From NCBI GenBank assembly GCA_964187785.1, contig OZ076417.1, forward strand, positions 44,082,001-44,146,000: a stretch of 64,000 nt of DNA, written 5' to 3'. Below the pieces are notes generated by a model. The model saw only the letters and a program-made list of their open reading frames with translations, ran no database searches and was not told the DNA's origin. The position numbers and the translations under genes are program-made. The DNA is from Amphiscolops sp. MND2022 (taxonomy: Eukaryota). Below, one piece after another: positions 24,801-36,800 of this stretch. How positions within the stretch are numbered: position 1 is the first letter of the stretch; every line of letters begins with the position of its first letter.

Positions 24801-27800
24801 GCCCACGCAGTGATTAGTGTGGATGTTGGTGGGTCGAACCTGTTGTCTTCCTGGATCAACGTGGAGGTGAGGCCCGCCAACAGGACTGGACAACTGTCGT
24901 GGGTGCTGCCCACTGGAAGCAGGGAAGCCAGTAACCCTGTGCCCCGCCAGAAGGGCAAGCGAAAGAGAAAGTTCACGCGCCAGCTCAAAAAGAAATGAGT
25001 TAGTCCAGTGTACAATCAGAAGCCATCTGGATCGTCTCAGCTGTCATCATTTATTGTTGCTTGATTTGTATTTGTCTTGTGTTATTCGTTGATTGTTGTG
25101 TTCAGTTCACCAGCGCGTGAAACAGAATGAGTAGAGTGATTGAAGGGGCCACACCAAGGCGCACCAAAAAAATTAAAAGAAAAAAAAGAAAGAGAAAATA
25201 TATATTGTTGCGTCATAATTAGGGGTGGAGATAGCCGAAATTTCGGGGTAAATTTTTATAAAACATATTTTCATTTTGCGTGGGTGGGTTGCGTCAGAGG
25301 GTAGTCCAAATAGTCAGCTTTTTTGGGTGAAAATATGAGCCTCCAGAAACGCTCTGGGGCCGAGAACGAGCAATTTTTGCAATTTTTTTTAATTTTGGGC
25401 GAAAATGCTAGAAAAATCTTAGAATAATTTCAGGGGAATTTTTTTCCGGGTCAGATTAAAGGGTCTCATGACACGGGGAATGGTATGTAGTTTCTGAATT
25501 ATATAGGTTTATGGGGATGGAAATGAAAATATAAAGCAGGATTTTGGCGGAACTGAAATTTTAGGGGTAGTAAAAGGGCTAGGGGGAGGAGGCCAAAAGT
25601 GCCTGAAAAGCTATTTTATTTTTGTATTGGGGATCAAGCGAATAGTCTCAAGACACAAGGGAGGTTATTCCCTAGTGATTTGTAATGAGCAAGAGGGTTT
25701 AAAGGTTTTCGTCTTTGCGGGATTTTGGCGGAACTCTTTCAGATTTCCAATAAAATAGTGTTGAAGTACAAACTTTGAAAATTTTTACTGAGAGGAAATG
25801 TTTCTAGGGTGAAATTGGAAGGTCTCATGACCTGAGCCATACTGCTGGGCTCACAGGGAATATAATTTGGTCGCGGAAAACTTCATTTTTTGGGATGTTG
25901 GTTTTTTGTCAGCACTGAATTGTGTATTTGGAGAATTTGACCATGTTAGCTCCATTTTGTGGATCTAATTTTGTTCCATTTATCGCGTTCGCGTTTTGTG
26001 CTACCGCTGCAGCTGTATTGCGTTGTTTGCAAAATCTGAGCAGGGTATTCGAGTATTTCAGAAAAAGTTGATTCCCAGAAAATGAAGTCGTTCATTATAA
26101 CTGCACTAGTTGTGTTGTGTGTGGCAATCACTTGTGCAAGAAGCTGCCACGAGATCAAAAAACAAAACACTGGTGCTTTCAATCGAATGTTGCCAAGATA
26201 AGGCTCTCCTGAAGGAGAACGGAAAAATTACAGCGGAAATGACGCTAAAAGAAGCAGGTTGTGTGGATATTAAAAAGCCGCAAAAAGATGAAAAGCAGCC
26301 TATGAAAGACTGGCAGATCATGATTTCCTTTTTGCTTGTCGCTATTTTCGTCGGGATCGTGGTCCTCTTTGTGAGAGCTTTGCTACGCTTGTTCGAGTGA
26401 AACAAATGAGCTTCAGACAACAAATGGAAATCGGAACAGTTTGAGAAGTTTTTTGTTCTGTTTTCTCTAGATACTGTTGTTAGCCAGTTGTTTTACCCTG
26501 TAGTTTGTATTTTAAACTAGTGTAGCGATGATGTGGCGATTTCATTTGTTTGAAGCTCTGTCTTTTTCTTTTACTGAACTTCATTCTTATTCAAGCCACA
26601 AACAGTGGCCAAAAAGCGAGCACTATTTTCTGGAATAGCGGTTACTTGATCATTTTCGAATGGAACTGACGGAAGGGTGTTAAAAGGTTGACCTACCTTT
26701 TCTGAAACAAACAAAAACGTTTTTAAATGCAAGGGGTGGTTTGGGTGTAAGCGGAGATACTCAAAATCTTCAGGAGTAACTGCTGTTACCGGGAAAGTTT
26801 TGATTTCGCGGCCAAAGTGCGTCAACCGAAATGGAAAACGACGGTGTATTTTCTGATATTTTGACAGAAGGTAGGAAATGAGAAAATGTATAGCAAACGA
26901 AAGAATAAGTGAAACCAGGGCGCACGTTAGGTATGTTCTCCATCCAACTGTTGCATCCAGTCTGGAAGAGAGTTGCGGGTGAAATGTTGCCATGCGGCTG
27001 ATTATTGGGGCAGCAATGTTGTCTAGTTCTTCTAGATCACGTCGTTTGAAATCGGGCAGTTGTGCCAATGCAACTTGTACTTGTTCCAGTAGTTCCACTT
27101 TTGCAGTTTCCTCACTAATAACTCGAGGGAGATCATTCAAAGGCGGCAATTTTGAAAACAAATAACTCAAAGGTGCTGGTAATTGAACGTCGATAACCTG
27201 AGGAGATTTTGAGGCACAGGTTGCCAAATCAAAACGGAGATGAATATTCGGGCCTTGTAGTTCACTACCGCAGGGTAATGTAACTATGCAAACACGGCAA
27301 CCTTTTTTGCGAGTGGTAGTAACTTCGCGAGTAGTTTGATTCTGATCAGTTTGAGTTAGAAGGTAATTATGAGTTGCACCAATTGCCATCACCAACGTTT
27401 TTAGCTTTTTCACGCATAGGTAAATGAATGTAATTTACAGTGCAAGACTGTAAAGCTGCCAAGGAGTCTTTGAAAAACAATGTCGATAGGCAAGAATCCT
27501 TTGATTTTTCCATTGCGAAGCCTGAGTAGCAAATCGAATAAGCCGTGGAACCGATGCATTGGTTGAGGTCATGCGCTGTTATAGTAGCGCTGATTCATGG
27601 CCGGTTAAAGTAACTGCCAGATAGTCAGTTTCGATGTCCCAAACTGACGCTTTGGGGTGTTAGGATCAGGCATCGGAACTTGTACTGCGTGGTACACTTT
27701 AAGGACTGTTGCCTGTGACGAAAAAGGGATCGCCATCGTGAAAATGAGGCCGAAATCCGAAGATACTACTTGCCGTAATAGTTTCGTTTCGTAGTAGGTC

Positions 27801-30800
27801 ATGAAACTGGTCATTGGAATTGCGAGGTTGAGGCGAGAGCCTTGTTCATTTTCGTTGAGAACAACTTCTTGAAGAATGCTGTGAAGTGTTGATTTTGGAA
27901 TGACAGAAAGTGGCAGGAAACCATTTACTATCGGGGCAAAAGCAGTGAAAAGATTAGTGCGAAAGGTATAGAGAGAGCTGCGGAAAATTTTCAAGGTTGA
28001 ATACAGGCAAGAAAGTATGGAATTCAAAACTGCGACGTTGTGATTCAATTCTTCGCGAATGAACAATTCTTGATCGCAATTTCGCATCAAATGATGCTTT
28101 GTTGGAAAATTTCAAATTGAGCGGTCATTTGTCGAGCATTTTGAGATTGGATGGCGGCCATTTGCTCCTGGATGCGACGGAGTTCTTGTAACTCATGACC
28201 CACCACATAAAATTTCTCATTAGTAAGATTTTCAACACGAATCCACTCTGTTTGTAGTTTATTCATGTGATCAATGGCAGAATTGATTGCTATACGGTTT
28301 TCCTTCGGCATTTTGTCACAACCGCCAAAAATACCTTTCAAAAAGCAAGAAGAACCAAGGCCGATGCCTGCAGCGGCAGAGCCAATCAAACCTGCTGCAA
28401 TGATGGGCAGTCCCCGTTTGGAGCGAGACCTGTCGGCTGGTTTCATTGCGGGAAAGAGTTCGGCGAGCTCTGTTTTTAATCTATGTAAATCAGAACGAGC
28501 ACGCATATGTTCATCGCGAGTTTCTTCGTAAATCCAACGGTTTGTAGAGTTGGATTTTGTGATGTTGGAATATTTCAAATTACAGCCAAAGTTAGGATAA
28601 TGCCAAAGTTCTTGCAGTTTTGCGGCAATATCGGTGAGATATTGAGAAATTGAGTCGTCAAAGCGCGGAAAAGGCAAAACAAATTGAATGTTAACGAATT
28701 TTTCCGCTAGCAAAAATGTTTGTTGATAGTTGAATAGAATTCCTTCAGTCGGATTAGCACTTGGAATAGCTTGGAGGCTATAATGGCAGAAAACTACAAA
28801 AAGTATTTGACGGAAGAGCATGTTGACTGGTGTGTTAAACTTTAGCAGGCTGAATGAGACGTTCAAGATGTCAAGAACAGTTCGAAATGTCAGTGAATCA
28901 ATGAAGCGATTGATGGATGTAATTAGTTTGACAAGTGATTAATTACAATGCTAAACGGAAATCTCAGATTTTTAGAAACTGCTTGTCCGAATGGAATTAG
29001 GAAATGCCACGATTACGTTAGGACAAAGAAAAGGAAATGAGACCTGATCTTTGCCACCAATTAGAGATTAAGATGGTGATTTAGAATAATGAATGACCTG
29101 GAGGTGACAGGAAATATGGTGCGATTAAACCTGTCAAAAAGTTAATTAACTAATTGAACTTTGGGCGAGGAATGCGTGAAGCAAATGATCGAGAGGTCAT
29201 TGTGGACATGGTCGTGGTAGTAGTGTTCGAATTAATACCACCTACTGAATGATGGGGGGGGCATTGTCAAACTTCGCAAGTAGTATGGGGGTTCAGCTGA
29301 AGACCCAGGAATTGAACCATGGAAAAAAGTACGTCCTCTCGGGATTGAGGAACGCTGTTGTCTGCGAGAACGCAAAAGGTTTCCTAAATTCGTGGAAAAT
29401 GTAGGCGGAGGTTCCTGGGGATTGTGAACTTGTGAAGACAAAGACGACGCAACAGAAAAACTATGCGGAACAAAATAGTCTGCCAAAGCAAAACTTGAAG
29501 GCTGTGTGTCAGTATGAGTTGTGAAAAAGTCAGGTGTTTGATATTTTGAAATGAGTTTTTCAGCGAGAATATCCAATTCTCGTTCAGTGAACCCTTCGAA
29601 ACTTTCATCTGATGAGTCCGTAGTTGAAGGCTCATCGTTTCTCGAAGTAGTTTGGACTCTAGTTGTCGTTCGAAAGTCATTACCTACAGGGTTATGACTT
29701 GTAGTGCTGAAATTACTACACGAGGGATAAAATCCCATGTTATCACTGGCGAAGAGATCAAAACTATGGTTCTGAATTTGAGAGCCAGCGCTTTGACCTT
29801 GTCCTGAGACGTTTATTGGAGATGAAGTTCTAAAAGGATTGTTGAGACTCAGTGAAAAATCACTGTTGTCGGAAGATTCAGTTTGTGACAACACCAATTG
29901 GCTATGTAAATTATTCTCGTCGGTTGGAGCTTCCGCCTCAACGAGGGGAGCTTCGTCCGGTGGGGGAGGTGCCACTGGCAGTGCACGTTCTTGTACTTCT
30001 GGGGGTGCAAGGTTAGCTGGTGGAGTCAATGGTGGTATTAGAGGCCTAGCTGCTGGAGCAGCACGGCGAGTGAGACAAAGAAATACATTGGGTGCGTCTT
30101 TGTCTCTGTTGTTCGTCGCACAATGTTCCGAATGTGGTCGGAGAATATCAGTCAAAGTTTTGTCGAAAAGACTTGGCTCAGCATAGTTTTGAGTCATTGG
30201 GTCAGGTGTGAATTTTTGCGGATCAACTTCCTCCAAATCTTCTACATCGAATTTTGGCTCAATTGGTCTTAATCGAATTCTATGCACACATTGCGTGTGA
30301 TTGGTGCCTACTTTGCGCACGATATAGTTTGAATTCGTTAAAACTTGCTCAACTCTGTACAATGGTAGCCATTTTTGCAAAGATTTTCCTATTTGATCAG
30401 TTGATTCAACCAGTTTTGGATTCAAAAGGAGACAAAAACTCATTTTTTTCAACGGATGAGCTGCCGCTTTTCGATCGTAATACTGCCTATACTGATAATA
30501 GGCACGAAGAGTTGAATCTCGGACTTCTGAAAAACGCTCATTCAAGTCATCTTGGATTTGGGCTGTGAAATCATACATGGTTGTCATCTTCAATTCTTTG
30601 TTTTGGAAACGCAGATCCAAGGCAGTTCGCGGTTGTCTGCCGTGGAAAAGAAGTGATGGCGTGCAACCAATGGTACGATGAAAGGAGGTGTTATGAACGA
30701 AAACAGCAGAAACATGTTTATGCCAGTTATTAGTCGCACTCTGGTCATACAATTTCAAGTGGTTTTTCAAGCCAGAGTGGCTGCGTTCGATAACACCCAT

Positions 30801-33800
30801 CGTTTGCGGATGCTTGACAGTGGCAAAAACTATTTTTATTTCTAGAAGCTGGCACATCATGAGCTTTGATGTAAAATTTGTTCCCAAATCTGACAAAATT
30901 GTTGTCGGCAAGTATGAGTGTTTCATGAAAATTTCGAAAAGCGCTTTAGCCACTGACTCCGCTGAAGCAGAGCGTAATGGAACAGCAAACATGTATTTAC
31001 TGAACACGTCTATTGCAGTTAAAATGAATTTATAACCTCCTGACGTTGGTAGTTGACCAACCATGTCTACTTGGAGAAGATCTCCGGGAAACGCTTGTTG
31101 TGTGGCTACTGACTGCAATGGTGGTTTCAAGGAAGCGTTGTTTGGTGGCTTAACGTGGAGACAAGACGGGCAATTGCGTATGTAATCTTCCAAAAATTCC
31201 AAGAAATTCGGAAAATAGAACAATTGCCTGCATTTTTCTACCGTTTTCATGATTCCAAGATGACCAGCAAATTTGCTGTTATGCAGACGGAAAATCAATT
31301 CTTTGCGCAAATGGCTGGGAACAACAAACTGGCGTGTAAAATTTCGTCCCGTATGGTCAAAAAATTTTCTGTACAGTACGCCATTTTGGATTTCTAGTCT
31401 CTTGGCTTGTTTGCAGAGTTTTTGGAGTTCAATATTCAAATAACTAAGGTCGTTAGGTAGTTTTGTTCGTAACCAGTGCACTATTTTACGAATGTTCGGA
31501 TCTTTTTGCTGTTCTTGTTTCAGGTTCAGCGGTTCAACTGAATTAGCCATTTCGAATTTATCCAATGAGTTCACAAATTCTAGCGCATTGATAGAAAACT
31601 GGTTCTTGGTTCACAGACAATGTTGAGGGAATTGTCTGGAGATTCTAGGGCAAATTGAAATCAACTTCACACGCGGGAATTTTGGAGGCAATTTTCAATT
31701 CTAATTTGGTGTGCGGATTAATATGCATTCTCGATAGATAGTCCGCTGCTAAGTTTGCTTTTCCAGGTATGTGTCCCAATATGAAATTGAAATTTAGGAC
31801 ATGGTCAACACAAGACCACAAGCTAGACGGGATAGTTTTCGCCTGAAAGAATCTTGTGAGACTTCTATTATCAGTCAGTACAAGGGTCGGTTTTGAACTT
31901 TCCCACAAAATGTGTGCGAATGAGTCGAACGCAAAATGAACTGCCAAAAACTCTTTAGCCTAAATTGACAGTTTCAAGTGAGTGGGGTTGAAAATTTTGG
32001 AGCCGAATGATACCGGTACATACTTTTTGACTGTTTTTCCCGCCTGATCTTCCAGATAATCCTCAATCATTAAAACAAAGCCCGCTGCGTAAAAACTTGC
32101 ATCAGCCATAATTACATATTGTTTATGGGGCTGAGGCAATCGGAGGGCCGTGTCACATGATTTGGCCAAATCCGTTTTCAGAGTTTCAAATGTGTCATGA
32201 TGCTCTTTTGTGAATTGGATTCCTTGATTGTTGCGTAGAAGAGTGTAAAACGGTAATAACCTTTCGCTCAGTTTCGGTAAAAATGCTCCGAAGTATTGGA
32301 AAAAGCCGATGAAATGCCGAATTTGTTTCGGTGTTTTGGGCATTTTTAGACTTTTCAGAAATTTCTCAACTTTTTCTCGATTAGGGGACATTCCTTGGGT
32401 TGTGATGGAACTTCCCAAGAATTGTATTTCGGACAAACCAAATTCACACTTGTGAACGGTCAGTTTTAATCCTGATTTACGAATACACTCAAAAATACGT
32501 CGCAAATTGTCCAATAGTTCTTCAAAAGTATGGGCTGCAGTACCCAAATCATCAACATATTGAAAACATTTGTCTTCCGCTATGCAAGCGTCAAGGTACT
32601 TTCGCATGAAGGAACTAAAGGCGCTCACAGACCTGCTTAGGCTTTGTGCTAGCCGAGTAAAAGCAAAGGTTCTGGAGAAAAAATTAAACGAAAGCAATTG
32701 TACTGATTGTACATCCGCTAAGCGTACTGCAAAATAAGCTTGGCTGCAGTCTAATTTCGCAAAAAGTTTTTTTCCTGCCAAATGGGCGCTGGCGTCGGCC
32801 AATGTTGTTATGGGAAAATTGTGTGAATCATAGTCATGGCGGATAAGGTGATTCACGCGTCTAAGATCAATCAGAAGGCGCAGCGCACCTGAAGGTTTTC
32901 TTTGAGCAAACAACGGACTCGAGTATTTGGAATACGGCAAAGTTGTTATGACACCGTAATATTGCATCAGGGCCAATCCAACAATCAAATCCTCACGTAA
33001 ATGGATCGGAGTTGGAGGTCCCTGTGTATACATCGGTTTTTCGTGCTCAGGGGTTAGTTTTACAGTAAAATCAGTGTTTCCTCTAATATCCAAGCGATGT
33101 CTCGAGAAAATATCATTGAATTCGACTAAAAGTTTTTCAACTTCAATTTTCTCCATTTCCGATAGAACTGATTGATCCCATTTAAAATTGCTCAAAAATT
33201 TTGTTCGCGATTCTGGGTCCTTCAAAGGATCCAGCTTTTCCTTTTGTTTTAGCTGAGATATTTCATCAAAAATGCGTTTGGCTATTCCTGTTAAAGCTTC
33301 AGGATTTGCACAGGTTTCCGGAGTCGGAAACCAGAAAGTATCCGGAGATGGAAAAACCATCTCAGGGTTGCCTGAGGTGGCAATAAGTTCATTAATACTC
33401 TCATTAACGTGTTCGTTTATTAGTTCTGGACTAATCGGTTGCAAAAACTGGGCTTGCTGTGGTGATAAAAGAAACTTTTGCTACCAAAGTTCCTTTGGGA
33501 ACTGTTATTACTGTAGATTGCACATTCAGAAAACCGATAGGGGTTTTACGTTCTGAATCAAGGCAGCCTATGCTGCTAGTTAAGCATAGCCCTGTTTTGC
33601 GTTCGAAGTTTGGTAGCGGTTCGACAATGGCATTAGTACCAATCGGTAAATCATCAGAGGTTAGTTGACAGGAGGACACCTCCTGACAATTTGGACGAAT
33701 AACGAGTTTTTCTGTTGTTTTCAGATAAAACTTTTTCTTGGAGTAAGTTTTCTTGATATTACCGGTCGGTGACGATATTTCATTGAGCTGTAAGGTCATA

Positions 33801-36800
33801 TCAGGCAACGATAATGTTCTAGTTTTGGGATGTATTGTGATATTGTTACGCTCAAAAAAAGGAAGACCCAGAATGGGGCGGTTCATTCGAGGTGAAATCA
33901 GAAAAGATTCTGTAAAATTTTGTCCACCGAGAGAAAATGAGAGTTCCACTTTACCAAGTGTGGATACTATATTTCCGTTAGCGACTTTAACTTTAGTTTG
34001 TTCCTCAGACTTGGAAAGTATCGCGGTAGGATTTTTCGATTCAATAAGTGAAATAAAATGAGGGGTTATAGCACTAGAAAATGCACCGGTATCGACAAGT
34101 GCGGTTATTTTAGTGTCGTTAAAGGCTATGGGGACGCAGAAAAGGAAACAAGAAAAAGAAGAAGAAAAATAATTAAGAGAATGATGCTGGTGTGGCTCAC
34201 CTAGTTTTTTGGCTGCTGTTGATAGGGTAGCTGCGCTCCATGTTGTGGACTAGGCTTCGTACGGCACTGTTGTGCTGTATGGCCGAAAGAATTGCAGTTT
34301 CGGCAATGGCGTTGATTGGAGTAGGTCATATCTTCATTGGGGTTTGGACCTCTGTAGTTGCCTCGGTTGCCTCGCCAACCTCGATTATTGCCTCGATAGC
34401 CTCGATTGTTTCCTCGATAACCTCGATTGTTGCCATACCATCCTCTATTGTTCCCATGGGATGGCTGCTCAGTTTGCCAGGGGTACGGATACCAGTGACG
34501 GGGAGGTCCTTGAGAGAGCTGCTATCTGATTCGTCATGTTGTTCACTTGTTGTTGAAGAGTTGTCTGCGCTTTATTCAAACTATTCAAAGCCGTGGCAAC
34601 TGAATCCATTTGAGTAGACGAAACCTCATTGAAAGCTGTATCTGGATCATCTTCTGGATACAGCTTATCCAAAACATTGCGTCTTGACACTTTTTCGCAC
34701 AACTCATCAACTGGCATGTTATCTGGTTGTGTCAAAAGATAGCGTTTGAGTTTATTTGGTAGGCCATTAATAAACGCTTCTCGCACTCGACGCGTGCGTT
34801 CATTTGCGCGATTTTCTGCAGGGACTGCTGGTCGCCCTCCTGCAGCTGCCACTGCGGCCACATCTGGAAAACTTTCGCCTGCAAGTCGTTGAAGTTCCGT
34901 CAGAAAATCACTCGCTGTTTCTTCCTCTGGTTTGAATTTGCGTGAATGAAAAACAATTCGTTTCAGCTCTTGTCTCTGTGGGTTAACGTATCTTTGGCGG
35001 AGCGCTGCTATGGCCAAATCATAATCTTGGCGAGTTGCCGCTGGCATTTGGTCAAAATAGGCAAGAGCTCCGCCTTTGAGATGTAGGTGTAAGTAGAGAT
35101 GCCGATCTGCATCAGCAATGCCAGCAACTCCAATTGAGCTGGTTAATTGTCGTTCGAACTCATCGAAATTCTCAGTTTCTAGACCCTTAAAGGGTTGAAT
35201 GTTCACAATCGGTTGAATATGTGCCATTTCTGGAGAGTGAATAATTTATGTTTATTTCAGATTGCAGGTATGAGGAGAGATTTGCAGCTTCAAAACTATC
35301 GAAATTTTATCCAATCGATTCCGGAATAGTCTTAGGACTCGAAGAATGCTGTCATGGAGACTGTGTGAAATTTTCAGGTTTGTAGCTACAATAGTCTTGT
35401 CAGGATTTTGGTTTTCCTGATCCAAGATGCGAATTTTGAGAATTTTCAATCATGAGTTAACTCTAGTGGTGGATTCGAGTTTCAGTACTCTTCTGTCACC
35501 ATGTCAGAACGTTTGCTCGAGCGGTTAGAACTTTTCTAATCGTTAATTCAAATCTCTGAGCTGTAACTTTTATCAGTCATGTCATTATCTTGTTTACAGT
35601 ATAAATATAGTTACTTATTATTAATAGCAACTTCAGCTTTAACGAAATTTTGGTAATAATTCTTATATCATGATTTCAGGTCATGACACCCCTCCTACTA
35701 AAATAGTCAAGTAACTAAATAGTCAAGTAACTAAGTAGTCAAGTGATGGAGCGTGGAGATTTGGCAGAATTTGGAAAAAAAACGCAACAGATGATTTTTC
35801 TCCCCATTGAAAATGTGGGTCGGAAAACAAAGGCTTCCTTGAATTAGCTAGTCTTGTTTTCTTCCGTCTTTTTCTTGTCAAACCGGTATTACTCATATCA
35901 TTTTGGATACCGAATAAAATAGTACAATTATGAGAAACACGAATTAATCAGATGACACTACTTTCATTACGATACATATCCCCGCAAGCAACTTCCCAGA
36001 TCTTGCGACTTGCATTAATTAATAACCAATCATACTAAGTTTCGATAAATAGTTTTACACTTTCTCATATTACACCACGTTATAATTAGTTACAATGAAC
36101 GAAAGGAATTCACTATTTGACTGGTTTACACTAATTTCCGGAGCAAAAAATGACATTAATTGACTGCATTACGCACTTATGCAGTCCTACGGACTTTGAC
36201 TAAATTACGCAATTTTCCACTACACATTCTGACTAAATTACGCCGTCTTATTAATTACATGGTGTAAATTAATTCACCGCGTTCATATTACAATTTGCTG
36301 CACCACAACACTAATGGATTACTACGGTCTTTGACAAAATTACACTAATTGACTATGTTACCCAAAAAACTTTTTACACCAAATGGTCACTTCCCACTTT
36401 TGCGTGTTATGTATCTTAATGTTGGTCGCCGAGAAATGGAGGTATCAGATGAATACAAATTGATCAAAAATCTGAATTATTGGGACACGAACTAACAAAA
36501 ATCCAATTTATTGGGACACGAATTAACCGGAGTAATTATAATTTAAAGACTAGATGAACAACCAACAAATGGAAGCATTAAATCTCACAGTTAAGACAAT
36601 TATATCAACGAACTCATATTATAAGTTCATCTCTAACTACTCAAGGAAGCGGATGTTCAGTAAAACCCAAACCGAACGAATACTTTTTGGAAACACCCTT
36701 TTTAGACGGGATGCCAGGCAGATGTCTCACACATACATGGTTAACATTTGGCAATTCTATTTGATTCAATGGATTATACCATCTTCTATTGATCTATTTT

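Larger units (their letters stand above)
23701..35688 (-). mobile_element. env-containing Ty3/Gypsy LTR retrotransposon (endogenous retrovirus-like), ~12 kb, in STRIP1 intron 3
   Basis: TG..CA LTRs of 189 and 187 bp differ by one 2-nt indel and 2 substitutions. PBS, gag, protease, RT, RNase H, integrase and env are all present. CCCTC flanks the left end and (C)CCCTC the right. Several frameshifts and stops. Confidence 0.9.

Noticed and set aside
35689-35700. TAGGAGGGG (minus) as the PPT of tandem mini-elements
   Set aside because: It continues the fold-back repeat interrupted at 23700, so it is host flank and the extra LTRs come from segmental triplication.
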